51,994 nt of DNA from Acidimicrobiia bacterium. Its GTDB lineage: Bacteria > Actinomycetota > Acidimicrobiia > Spongiisociales > UBA5794. Of the stretch, positions 9,201 to 17,942 are shown piece after piece (the stretch's first letter is position 1; each line of letters begins with the position of its first letter). The notes below the pieces were generated by a model that had not been told where the DNA came from, did not search any database, and worked only from the letters and a program-made list of their open reading frames with translations. The translations under genes were made by a program, and so were the position numbers. Location of the stretch: NCBI GenBank assembly GCA_030066265.1, contig JASJCF010000012.1, positions 1 to 51,994 of the forward strand. Direction: 5' to 3'.

Positions 9201-9265
9201 CCGTGATCGACCCGACCGTGACCGACCTGGCCGTGACCGACCTGGCCGTGACCGACCTGGCCGCG
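9201..9265. repeat. 15-bp tandem repeat CCGTGACCGACCTGG: three perfect copies (9216..9260) plus degenerate flanking copies
   Basis: Read directly in the 324-bp convergent intergenic region between the SulP gene and the membrane-protein gene. Confidence 0.85.
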
Positions 9266-9408
9266 ATGTGGGTCCAGCGCTCACCCCACCCCCGCCGACA
9301 GCCCTGCGTCGAGCAGCCTCGGCGGCTGAGTCTCATCGATGAGCGTTGCGTGATGCGGGGCGGAGGGATCGAGGTCGAGCGGCTCGTCCGCCCCGTGAGG
9401 GGCCCCGC

Positions 9409-9882
9409 TCAGTGGGTCGGCTGTTCCTGGCTGGCTGCCTTCACCACGTAGCCGATGAGCTTCACGATGTTCACGATCAAGGCGATGGTCATGCCGAAGA
9501 GGGCCAACGCCAGGATGGCGCGGATGACCGGAGCCCAGTCGAAGCTCCAACCGGTGAAGTCGAACGGGAAGACCTGCCACGTCCGAATCGCCACCCCCAC
9601 GCTGATCACCAGCAGGACGGTATCGCCCAGCGTCTTGAACCAGTCTGCGTCATAGGCGAGGTAGAACAGGTTCGCCACGATCGACGCAACCAATGACAGG
9701 TTGATGATCGGGAGGAGCAGCTCGAAGTCATCCGTGAGCCACGAGAGCCAGCCCCAGGCGAGGATGTTGTTCACGATGACCAACATCACACCGTTCGCCG
9801 CAATGGCGACGGAGTAGCCGATCCGACGGGTCGTCACGCCGGTGGTGCCTGCCACGATTGCCTCCTCGGGTCCTCGCGTCAT
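9409..9882 (-). CDS. Hypothetical integral membrane protein (~4 TM, 157 aa)
   Basis: Hydrophobic helices (VAIAANGVMLVIVNNILAWGW, LLLPIINLSLVASIVANLFYL, VLLVISVGVAI, ILALALFGMTIALIVNIV) and an ATG start. It is divergent from the rhodanese gene. Confidence 0.7.
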   Translation of the reverse strand: MTRGPEEAIVAGTTGVTTRRIGYSVAIAANGVMLVIVNNILAWGWLSWLTDDFELLLPIINLSLVASIVANLFYLAYDADWFKTLGDTVLLVISVGVAIRTWQVFPFDFTGWSFDWAPVIRAILALALFGMTIALIVNIVKLIGYVVKAASQEQPTH

Positions 9883-9961
9883 CGTATCGCAAATCCCAAC
9901 CGGCGGACTCTGCGATCGACCGTTGCCCGTTCGGGGCTACGGTGACCGTGGGAGGTGACAG

Positions 9962-10372
9962 ATGCCGGACATCATCCGATCGCAGGTCAGAGCCGTTGAG
10001 CCCGCCGAGAGTGCCTCCGCCGCAGCGCACTTCGCCTCGCTCCTGGGGTTCGAGACCGACTGTTGGGACGTCCACCACGATCTCGAAACCGGGTCCCCGG
10101 AGTTCGTCCTGCTGGACGTGAGGAGCACGGAGCTCTTCGAGCAGGGACATGTTCCGGGCGCTGTCAACCTGCCGCATGGGCGGATCAACGAACGCAACCT
10201 GTCGGCATATCCGGACGGAACGATGTTCGTCGCCTACTGCGCAGGGCCGCACTGCAACGGAGCGGACAAGGCGGCGCTCGCCCTTGCGCAGCTCGGACGT
10301 CCCGTCAAGAAGATGATCGGGGGCGTCGAAGGCTGGAAGGACGAGGGATTCGCGTTGGTGACGTCGAGGTGA
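9962..10372 (+). CDS. Rhodanese-domain sulfurtransferase-like protein
   Basis: LLDVRSTELFEQGHVPGAVNLP, and active-site loop YCAGPHCNGA (two-Cys loop). A GGAGG lies upstream of the ATG. Confidence 0.85.
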   Translation: MPDIIRSQVRAVEPAESASAAAHFASLLGFETDCWDVHHDLETGSPEFVLLDVRSTELFEQGHVPGAVNLPHGRINERNLSAYPDGTMFVAYCAGPHCNGADKAALALAQLGRPVKKMIGGVEGWKDEGFALVTSR

Positions 10373-10375
10373 GCT

Positions 10376-11002
10376 TCAGCGGTTGTTCCGCTCGAACTCC
10401 ATGACCTCGATCACGCTCGCCAGCTCGGATCGAAGGAGCTCTGCCGCCTCACCGGCGTCGTCCGACTCGAGGATGCGCTGCTGGTCCATCTCCTGGAGCG
10501 GCGCCATGTGTGCGAGACCGTACATCGCCATGACGGGGTCCTCGGGAAGCGTCAAGTCGACGTCCGTGACGTCGGCGCCCATGTCCTTGGCGATGTCGAG
10601 AATGGTCCCCATCATTCGCTTCGACTCCGGCACCAGCAGGTCGAGCTGAGATGTGGGCTCCGGCGATGGGAGGCGCTCGACACGAGCGAGCGGGTAGGGA
10701 TCCGGCTCGAGCCATTCATGCACCTTGATCCGCTCGGTTCCGACGGCGATCACCATGACGGTGCCATCGTCGAGCACGGCCGAGCGGGCGGCAGACATGA
10801 CGCATCCGATATCGAAGCGATCATCGGAACCACCGGCTTCAGCGGATCCGCGTTCGATCAGCACGATTCCGAACTCGTCGTTCTCCATCACCAGGTACTC
10901 ATGGAGTGCCAGATAGCGCGCCTCGAAGAGACGAAGCGGGACGACGCTGCCGGGAAAGGCGACGAGCCCGAGTGGGAACATGGGAAGGGTTTCGATGGCC
11001 AT
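10376..11002 (-). CDS. LON N-terminal (substrate-binding) domain protein
   Basis: LPMFPLGLVAFPGSVVPLRLFEARY is typical of stand-alone Lon N-domain proteins. The start is set at the internal ATG (MAIETLPMFPL); the upstream extension is Arg/Pro-rich and implausible. Confidence 0.8.
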   Translation of the reverse strand: MAIETLPMFPLGLVAFPGSVVPLRLFEARYLALHEYLVMENDEFGIVLIERGSAEAGGSDDRFDIGCVMSAARSAVLDDGTVMVIAVGTERIKVHEWLEPDPYPLARVERLPSPEPTSQLDLLVPESKRMMGTILDIAKDMGADVTDVDLTLPEDPVMAMYGLAHMAPLQEMDQQRILESDDAGEAAELLRSELASVIEVMEFERNNR

Positions 11003-11091
11003 CGTGATCCCCCCGAATACGGTGCCGGCACTGCGGCGGGATGTGGCACCACCGGCGGCCGCCCGGCGCATCGTCCCTATCGTGCAAGCCC

Positions 11092-12330
11092 ATGAGCATC
11101 CGCGTCGTCCTGTTGGCTTGCCTGGCGGCTCTCGCCGTCGCGGCGTGCACGCCGGGATCGACGGAGTCGACGGAGAGGACTTCGACAACCAGCGAACCGG
11201 CCACCACCACGATGGCCCTTCCCGCAGAGCCGCTCGTCGTCGCCACGGCGTCGGGTGACGTGATCGTGTACGACCGGGACCTCGCCGAGACCGTGGCGAT
11301 TCGGTCGGGGGAGTCGGCGGCCTTTCGACAGCCGGTCTGGCTCAGCACCGATGCGCTGCTGTATGGCGAGGCGTCGGCCGACGGCACATCGGCCCTCGTC
11401 TCGGCCGACGCCGTGACGGGCGGGGAACGGTGGAAGACGACCTTCGAGACTTTGCCGTTCTACTACCTGCCGGCACCCGTAGGGAGCGAGATCGCAACGA
11501 CATCGTTGCGGACCGATCCCGACGGCGATCTGATCGCCGAGCTGGTTGCCCTCGACGGATCTGCGGAGGTGATCAGTACCGACGCACCCTTCTACACGTC
11601 GTGGTCGCCGGACGGGATGGCGTTGGCCATCCACGCAGGACAAGAGAGGCTGTCCATCCGAGACGCCGGTGACGAGACGGTCATCGCCGATGTCACGGGT
11701 GTCTTCCAAGCGCCGGCGTGGACGGAGATCGGGCTCGTCACGCTCCGCACGGTCGGAGGGGCACAGTTCCTCTCGGTGTGGACCGAGGATGGGGGCTTCC
11801 GCGACATCGCCTCGATCGAAGGGCCGGTGCGGTTCGTCGCCGGCGGTGGGAAGGTGGCCATACAGTCCGCGGCCGTGTCCGAGAGCAACGGGGTGCAGGC
11901 GTCGACGAGAACGCAGGAGGTTCCGAACATTCCCGGGGGCCGCCTGGCGGTGGTGGACCTCGAGACCGGGCAGATCGATACGGTTGCCGACGTCCTCGCC
12001 GCGGTCTATCAGTGGGATCCCTCAGGTGACCGCCTTCTCTATGCGACCTTCGACGACGGCTCGACCTTGAACCTCACCTGGCACGTATGGTCATCAGGCG
12101 AGATCCGTGACCTGTCGTCGTTCCTCGCCCAGGCCGCGTGGTTCCGTGACTTCGTGCCGTTCTTCGATCAGTACGACCAGTCGGTGTCCATCTGGTCGCC
12201 ATCGGGTGACCGCATCGCATACCCGGCCGTTCAGGACGAGCGGCTGGTCGTGGTCGTCGAGGAAACTGACGGCTCCGGGGAGGACATCATCGACGACGCG
12301 ACCTGGGCCTCCTGGGCTTCGACCCGCTGA
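11092..12330 (+). CDS. Lipoprotein with PD40/TolB-like beta-propeller repeats
   Basis: The start is set at MSIRVVLLACLAALAVAAC (lipobox). A Thr/Ser-rich linker follows, then repeated WSPDG / WSPSGD / WDPSGD motifs. Confidence 0.8.
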   Translation: MSIRVVLLACLAALAVAACTPGSTESTERTSTTSEPATTTMALPAEPLVVATASGDVIVYDRDLAETVAIRSGESAAFRQPVWLSTDALLYGEASADGTSALVSADAVTGGERWKTTFETLPFYYLPAPVGSEIATTSLRTDPDGDLIAELVALDGSAEVISTDAPFYTSWSPDGMALAIHAGQERLSIRDAGDETVIADVTGVFQAPAWTEIGLVTLRTVGGAQFLSVWTEDGGFRDIASIEGPVRFVAGGGKVAIQSAAVSESNGVQASTRTQEVPNIPGGRLAVVDLETGQIDTVADVLAAVYQWDPSGDRLLYATFDDGSTLNLTWHVWSSGEIRDLSSFLAQAAWFRDFVPFFDQYDQSVSIWSPSGDRIAYPAVQDERLVVVVEETDGSGEDIIDDATWASWASTR

Positions 12331-12369
12331 TGCGGCTGACGCCGACCGCTTCCCGGCGATAATCCGCTC

Positions 12370-13539
12370 GTGCAGGTCCCCTCCAGAATCCTCTACGGCG
12401 GGCGTCAGGGTGCGCCGCTCGCCCTCATCGCGGCGACGGCGGCTGCGACGTTGCTCTTCTCCTCGACGCCGTTCCTCATCGCTCCCATCTCGGAGTCCTT
12501 CGATGTGTCGGAGGGCACAGCGGGAGCGATCTCCGTCGTCCAGGTGGGTGCGTTCGCAGCGGCGAATTTCCTCCTGCCACGGCTCGTCCGCCCGAATGGC
12601 AGGATCCTGAGGGCTGCGGCATCGGCGCTCGTCTTGTTCAACCTGTTGAGTGCGCTCGTGCCGGTCTTCGCGATTCTCGTGGCCTTGCGTTTCTTTGCCG
12701 GTGCCGCCGCCGGTGCCATGACGTGGCTCACGTGGACGAACGCCATGCGTCGACAGTCCTCGATGTCCTCGGTTGCCGCGACGGGTCCCGTGACTGCGCT
12801 GATCGCCGCTCCGCTGATGGCGTCGATCGCAACCCGTGGCCACGAGGCGGTGTTCGTCACCCTTGCGGTTGCGGCTGTGCCAGCGGCCGTGTTCTGGGCG
12901 CCGATCACGGGCAAGAAGCGTGCCCGCGGGGTCATCTCGGGGTCGCGATCGAACCGAATCCTGCTCGGAGCGCTGTTCGGAGCGACGTTCTTCGGATCTG
13001 CGCTGTTCATCAACCAGTCGATCATCTCGCAGGAGGTGCACGGGATCTCGTCGTTGGCCTCATCGATCGGGTTCAGCCTCAACGCGGCGGGGGGTCTGAT
13101 CGGTGCGAGACTGTCGAAGTATCACCGCTACCCCGGATGGTTCATGGCGTCGATCGGGCCGGCGGCGTTGCTCACGGTCGTCGGCCCGCTTCCGCTGTTC
13201 TACCTCGGGATGCTGTGGTGGGGCTTCGGATTCTGGATGAGCATTCCCGGCATTCTGCAGATGCTCGTTGACCGGTCCTTGGAGCCATCCGAGCGAGCGG
13301 GTGACGGGCAGGGCGTGCTGGCGCTCGGGCGAGCTGGCGGCCCGGTCCTCGGCGGAGCGTTCGTCGATGCCAACGCCTACACGGGCCTTGCCATCACCAC
13401 GGGTATCGGCGTCGCCGTGTCGGGGCTCACCGTCGTGGGGGTCAAAGAAGGTCGAGACCGGCTTCCCCCCACGGATCCGCGTACGATCGACCAACAGGCT
13501 GCCGATGAAGGTCCCGAAGGCGAACAGGAGACGAGGTGA
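12370..13539 (+). CDS. MFS-type transporter
   Basis: 389 aa, about 12 hydrophobic helices, with a general major-facilitator look. Substrate unknown. Confidence 0.75.
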   Translation: MQVPSRILYGGRQGAPLALIAATAAATLLFSSTPFLIAPISESFDVSEGTAGAISVVQVGAFAAANFLLPRLVRPNGRILRAAASALVLFNLLSALVPVFAILVALRFFAGAAAGAMTWLTWTNAMRRQSSMSSVAATGPVTALIAAPLMASIATRGHEAVFVTLAVAAVPAAVFWAPITGKKRARGVISGSRSNRILLGALFGATFFGSALFINQSIISQEVHGISSLASSIGFSLNAAGGLIGARLSKYHRYPGWFMASIGPAALLTVVGPLPLFYLGMLWWGFGFWMSIPGILQMLVDRSLEPSERAGDGQGVLALGRAGGPVLGGAFVDANAYTGLAITTGIGVAVSGLTVVGVKEGRDRLPPTDPRTIDQQAADEGPEGEQETR

Positions 13540-13545
13540 ACCGCG

Positions 13546-14226
13546 ATGACTGAGTGGAGCTACGAGGGCGCGACGGGCCCGGACCACTGGGCCGATCTCG
13601 ATCCGGCCTGGGCGATTGCGAAGTTGGGGATTCGCCAGTCGCCGATCGATCTCGCTGGAGCCACCGACGAGGTCGAGGGCAGTCTCGGGCTCAGCTACGA
13701 CAAGGTGACGCTCACCGAGGTCGCCAACGACGGGCACACCCTCCAGGTCGGGGTGACTGCGGGAGGCATGCTCACATTCGGACAACGGACCTGGACGCTC
13801 GGCGGCCTCCACTTCCACACGCCGAGCGAGCACCACATCGACGGCGAGGCCTTCGACATGGAGATCCATCTGGTGCACACCGACGATCGCAATCAGCTTG
13901 GGGTCCTCGGCGTCTTCGCCGAGATCGCAGGCGGCTTCGGGGCGTTGAGCGCCGTCTTCGACGCTGCACCCGACGCTGGGACAACGGTCGACCTCCGTCT
14001 CGAGGAGATCCCAGTGGTCGACGTGCTTCCCCCGGATCGGAGCCGATGGTTCGCCTACACCGGTTCGTTGACGACGCCGCCGTTCACCGAGCAGGTGCAA
14101 TGGGTGGTGCTCCGCCAGCCACTCGAGGTGTCCGAGTCCGATGTCCAGCAAATGCGGAGACTGTTCGGCGCCAACGCCCGCCCTGTTCAACCGAAGCACT
14201 CTCGTCGGGTGTCATCACCCGGGTGA
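13546..14226 (+). CDS. Alpha-class carbonic anhydrase, no signal peptide
   Basis: WSYEGATGPDHW at the very N-terminus, QSPIDL, zinc ligands in LHFHTPSEH and EIHLVH, and YTGSLTTPP. It starts 7 bp after the MFS stop. Confidence 0.9.
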   Translation: MTEWSYEGATGPDHWADLDPAWAIAKLGIRQSPIDLAGATDEVEGSLGLSYDKVTLTEVANDGHTLQVGVTAGGMLTFGQRTWTLGGLHFHTPSEHHIDGEAFDMEIHLVHTDDRNQLGVLGVFAEIAGGFGALSAVFDAAPDAGTTVDLRLEEIPVVDVLPPDRSRWFAYTGSLTTPPFTEQVQWVVLRQPLEVSESDVQQMRRLFGANARPVQPKHSRRVSSPG

Positions 14227-14260
14227 GTCGAGCCGGCGATTTGCACCACCGGTTTAGGGT

Positions 14261-16036
14261 GTGCGTGTGATCCAGGGCATCACCGAGCGCTTCAAGTCGA
14301 TGTTCCGGTCCCGGAGCGATATGAAGGACGACGCCGTTGCCGGTGTTGTCCTCGGCATCGAGAGCATCCCGGACGGTCTCGCCCAGGGTCTCGTGGCAGG
14401 CGTCAACCCGATCTTCGGGCTGTACGGATACATGTACGGCATGGTGGGGGCTGCGCTCTTCACGAGCTCCGTATACATGACCGTGCAGGCGACCGGGGCG
14501 ATGTCGCTCGTCGTGGCGGACGTCCCGGCTGTCCATGCCGGGGACGACGCAGATCGGGCGCTCTTCACGCTTGCAATCCTCACGGGTGTGCTCATGATCG
14601 TGGCCGGGCTCTTGAAGCTCGGCTTCGTCCTCCGGTATGTCTCGAATGCAGTGATGGTCGGATTCATGACGGCGGTCGGCATCAACATCGTGCTCGGTCA
14701 GCTCGAGAACTTCACGGGCTACAGCTCGGACGCATCGAACCGGATCACGAGGACCATCGACACCATTCTCTCCCCGCTGCAGATCGACTACGCGACGTTG
14801 GCGATCGGTGTTCTCACGATCGTTCTCATCGTGGTCCTCGAGCGGACGCGTCTCGGGGCTTTGGGAATGGTCCTCGCTGTCGCCATCGGCTCCCTGATCG
14901 TCGTGATCTTCGATCTCGAGGTGGAACAGCTCAATGACATCGCTGAAATCCCTCGAGGCCTTCCCTTCCCGGCGGTGCCTCTGCTATCGGCGATTCCCGA
15001 CCTGATCATCCCGGCGATCTCGCTGGCATTCGTCGGCCTCGTGCAGGGTGCCGGTATCTCGGCGTCGCGGCCCAACCCCGACGGGGAGTATCCGGACGCC
15101 TCCCAGGACTTCTTCGGACAGGGCATGGGCAATCTCCTCTCCGGCCTCTTCCGCGGCATGCCCGTCGGGGGATCGGCGTCCGCGACGGCGCTGGTGAGCG
15201 AGGCCGGGATGAAGACATCGCTGGCACTTTTCTCGGCGGGCGTGGTCATGGCGATCACCCTGATCTTCTTCGCAGATGCCGTGAGCTACATCGCCATGCC
15301 TGCCCTCGCTGCTCTGTTGATCGTGGTGGGGTACCGCACCGTCAAGGTGGACGATGTCGTTGCGGTGTGGAAGACCGGCAAGGTCCAGGCCGTCGCCATG
15401 ACGGTGACGCTCATCCTCACGATCATCATCCCCCTCCAGTACGCCGTGCTCGTCGGCGTCGCGTTGTCGATGATCCTGTACGTGGTGCGCAGCTCGAACC
15501 AGGTGGTCGTCAGACAACGGATCGTCACCGATCGGGGCCAGAAGGAGATCGACCCGCCGGAGAGCGTCGGACGCGACGAGGTGATCTTGCTCCAACTGTA
15601 CGGGAGCATCTTCTTCGCCTCGGCTGCGGCCTTCGAAGAACTCCTTCCGAACGTGGACGACGGGACGGACAACTCGGTGGTCATCCTGCGTCTCCGCCGG
15701 AAGGATGACTTCGGCGGCACCTTCATGGATCTGCTCGATCGATACGCCGAGGAGCTCCACCAGGCGAACAGCAAGCTCATGCTGATGTCCCTCGAGCCGC
15801 GTGCGATGGATCAGCTGGTGGTGAACGGAACGGCCGACATCGTCGGCTCGGAGAATCTCTATCCCGTCGATGAGTGGATCACTCGAGAGATCGACACCGT
15901 GCTCGACGATGCGAACGCCTGGGTCGAGGAGCATCGAACAGACCCTGAGGCCGGTCCGGTTGAGCCACCGGCGGATCCGGCAAAGACTGCAGGCTCGGGT
16001 GATGACACCGATGTCGGCGAGCCCGACGACATGTGA
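14261..16036 (+). CDS. SulP-family anion transporter with STAS domain (second paralog; bicarbonate or other anion)
   Basis: 591 aa. SulP-like membrane core (GIESIPDGLAQGLVAGVNP), C-terminal STAS-like region (LLQLYGSIFFASA) and an acidic tail. Confidence 0.9.
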   Translation: MRVIQGITERFKSMFRSRSDMKDDAVAGVVLGIESIPDGLAQGLVAGVNPIFGLYGYMYGMVGAALFTSSVYMTVQATGAMSLVVADVPAVHAGDDADRALFTLAILTGVLMIVAGLLKLGFVLRYVSNAVMVGFMTAVGINIVLGQLENFTGYSSDASNRITRTIDTILSPLQIDYATLAIGVLTIVLIVVLERTRLGALGMVLAVAIGSLIVVIFDLEVEQLNDIAEIPRGLPFPAVPLLSAIPDLIIPAISLAFVGLVQGAGISASRPNPDGEYPDASQDFFGQGMGNLLSGLFRGMPVGGSASATALVSEAGMKTSLALFSAGVVMAITLIFFADAVSYIAMPALAALLIVVGYRTVKVDDVVAVWKTGKVQAVAMTVTLILTIIIPLQYAVLVGVALSMILYVVRSSNQVVVRQRIVTDRGQKEIDPPESVGRDEVILLQLYGSIFFASAAAFEELLPNVDDGTDNSVVILRLRRKDDFGGTFMDLLDRYAEELHQANSKLMLMSLEPRAMDQLVVNGTADIVGSENLYPVDEWITREIDTVLDDANAWVEEHRTDPEAGPVEPPADPAKTAGSGDDTDVGEPDDM

Positions 16037-16108
16037 CCTGGTAATCCTCTCCAACAATTAGTCATAAATAGTCCATCCACATTCTCATCGGCCTCCGTAG
16101 TGCCGACA

Positions 16109-16146
16109 TCTGCACTCTGCAGAACCTGATATCTGCACAACGCAGA
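16109..16146 (+). promoter_or_regulatory. Two 15-bp palindromic boxes TCTGCAC-N3-GCAGA (16109..16123 and 16132..16146) in an AT-rich leader. Candidate operator pair.
   Basis: tctgcactctgcaga and tctgcacaacgcaga read directly, spaced 23 bp centre to centre, 14-50 bp upstream of the fasciclin gene start. The surrounding 16040..16100 is conspicuously AT-rich for this sequence. Confidence 0.45.
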
Positions 16147-16159
16147 CCCTGAGAAAAGG

Positions 16160-17242
16160 ATGTACCCAATGTTGAAGAAGCGATTCTCCCTGATCGCTCT
16201 GATCGCAGTATTCGCACTGATCGTTGCGGCCTGCTCGAGCGACTCGGAAGAGACGACAACCACCACCGCTGCTCCTGCTGAGGAGGAGATGGTGGACACC
16301 AGCGTGCTCGATCTTGCTGTTGAAGCCGGGCAGTTCTCGGTTCTCATCGCCGCCATTGAGGCAGCAGGCCTTGGTGAGACTCTCGAAGGTGAGGGTCCGT
16401 TCACGGTCCTCGCACCGACTGACGCAGCCTTCGAGGCAGCGCTGGAAGCCCTCAACCTGACGGCTGAGGAGCTGCTTGCCAACCCGGCCCTGTCCGACAT
16501 CTTGCTCTACCACGTGCTCGGCCAAGCCGCAGACAGCTCTGCCGTCGCTGCGCTCGATGGTTCGAGTGTCGCCACCGTGCAGGGTGAGGAGATCTCGATC
16601 ACGGTCGACTCCGGCACGATCTTCATCAACGAGACCGCCGAGGTCGTCTCCGCCGATCTCGCCGCCGACAACGGCATCGTGCACGTGATCAACCAGGTGC
16701 TCCTCCCGCCGACCGTCGCCCAGGCGCTCGGTGTGGCGGCTCCTGAGGAGACCACCACGACCACGGTCGCCGAGACGACGACCACCACCGAGGCGCCCGC
16801 AGAGCCGACCATCGCCGAGATCGTCGTCGAGCTCGCCTCGGGCGACCCGGCGGAGTTCACGACGCTGCTCGCAGCGGTCCAGGCTGCTGATCCGGCCGTC
16901 CTCGAGGCGCTGAGCGATCCGAGCCAGGAGCTGACGGTCTTCGCACCCACGGATGCGGCCTTCGCCGCCATCCCTGAGGACGTGCTGGCCGGCATCCTCG
17001 CCGACCAGGAGCTGCTGACCAACATCCTGCTGTACCACGTGGCGCCTGGCGTCTTCCTGGCTGAGGACGTTGTCGCCGCCGCACCGATCGAGGCACTGCC
17101 GACCCTGCTCGAGGGCGAGACCCTCAGCATCGAGGTCGTCGACGGTTCCGTCGTCATCAACGGAGAGGCGACGGTCATCCAGACCGACGTCCTCGCCAGC
17201 AACGGCGTGATCCACGTCATCGACACCGTGCTGCAGCCGTAG
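16160..17242 (+). CDS. Fasciclin (FAS1) tandem-domain lipoprotein
   Basis: Lipobox LIVAAC and Thr-rich linkers. Two FAS1 units each carry FTVLAPTDAAF / TVFAPTDAAF, LLYHV and NGV/IHVI motifs. The start could instead be ATG 16169. Confidence 0.9.
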   Translation: MYPMLKKRFSLIALIAVFALIVAACSSDSEETTTTTAAPAEEEMVDTSVLDLAVEAGQFSVLIAAIEAAGLGETLEGEGPFTVLAPTDAAFEAALEALNLTAEELLANPALSDILLYHVLGQAADSSAVAALDGSSVATVQGEEISITVDSGTIFINETAEVVSADLAADNGIVHVINQVLLPPTVAQALGVAAPEETTTTTVAETTTTTEAPAEPTIAEIVVELASGDPAEFTTLLAAVQAADPAVLEALSDPSQELTVFAPTDAAFAAIPEDVLAGILADQELLTNILLYHVAPGVFLAEDVVAAAPIEALPTLLEGETLSIEVVDGSVVINGEATVIQTDVLASNGVIHVIDTVLQP

Positions 17243-17265
17243 TTCACGCCCAACGACCATGTGAC

Positions 17266-17289
17266 AAGTGGGGCCTTCGGGCCCCACTT
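17266..17289 (+). terminator. Hairpin terminator candidate (10-bp perfect stem, TTCG loop)
   Basis: AAGTGGGGCC-TTCG-GGCCCCACTT, 24 nt after the fasciclin stop. No T-tract. Confidence 0.6.
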
Positions 17290-17366
17290 CTCGCGTCATG
17301 GGTGGCGAGCCGGCGCGGTCGATCGCCTAGCCTCGGGCGGCAGAGCAATAGCGAGATCGGAGCGGC

Positions 17367-17822
17367 ATGGATCGGGAGGAGTGGGTCAAATGGGGGGTCA
17401 TCGCACTGGCGGCGGTTGGAGCACTCGTGTTGGTGGGCGCCGCCTTGTCTAGCGGCGGCGACATCGAGGGCCGAACCTGGATCGTCGAGAGCCTCCAGGC
17501 CGACGCAGGTGCAACGGAACCCATCGAGGGAACCGCGCTGACAGCGACCTTCGAGGACGGAACGGTGAGCGGCGTGTCCGGCTGCAACAACTTCTTCGCC
17601 GGATATGAGCTCGACGGGAGCTCGATCGCCATCGGACCTGCCGGCTCGACGCTGATGTTCTGCGCGGAGCCCGAGGGTGCGATGGAGCAAGAGCAGACGT
17701 ACCTCGGCCTCCTCCAGTCGGCTGACACGTTCGACGTCGATGGCGAGACGCTCACGCTGTCCGCGAACGGAACCACCGTGCTCACCTTCGTCGAGATCAC
17801 CCCGGACACAGCCGCAGGTTGA
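17367..17822 (+). CDS. META-domain (HslJ-like) membrane-anchored protein
   Basis: N-terminal TM (VIALAAVGALVLVGAAL), then GRTWIV...GCNNFFAGYEL...LMFC..., typical of META/HslJ domains. Confidence 0.85.
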   Translation: MDREEWVKWGVIALAAVGALVLVGAALSSGGDIEGRTWIVESLQADAGATEPIEGTALTATFEDGTVSGVSGCNNFFAGYELDGSSIAIGPAGSTLMFCAEPEGAMEQEQTYLGLLQSADTFDVDGETLTLSANGTTVLTFVEITPDTAAG

Positions 17823-17851
17823 CGCAGGGACACCGGCCCTCGTCGGCGAAG

Positions 17852-17871
17852 CCCCATCTGGCTATGGGGCC
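17852..17871 (+). terminator. Weak hairpin terminator candidate
   Basis: GCCCCAT-ctggct-ATGGGGC, 30 nt after the META gene stop. Confidence 0.35.
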
Positions 17872-17942
17872 GGGGAGGGGTCACCACCGGGAGATTCCGC
17901 AGCTCGTGAGACCCGGGTAGGTTGAACGCGAGGAGGTGGACG

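Noticed and set aside
9038-9451. 137-aa ORF containing (VTDLA)x3
   Set aside because: It starts inside the SulP gene and ends inside the convergent membrane-protein gene, and has no ribosome-binding context. The repeat is better treated as intergenic DNA. It is kept as a low-interest finding in case relatives show a small gene.
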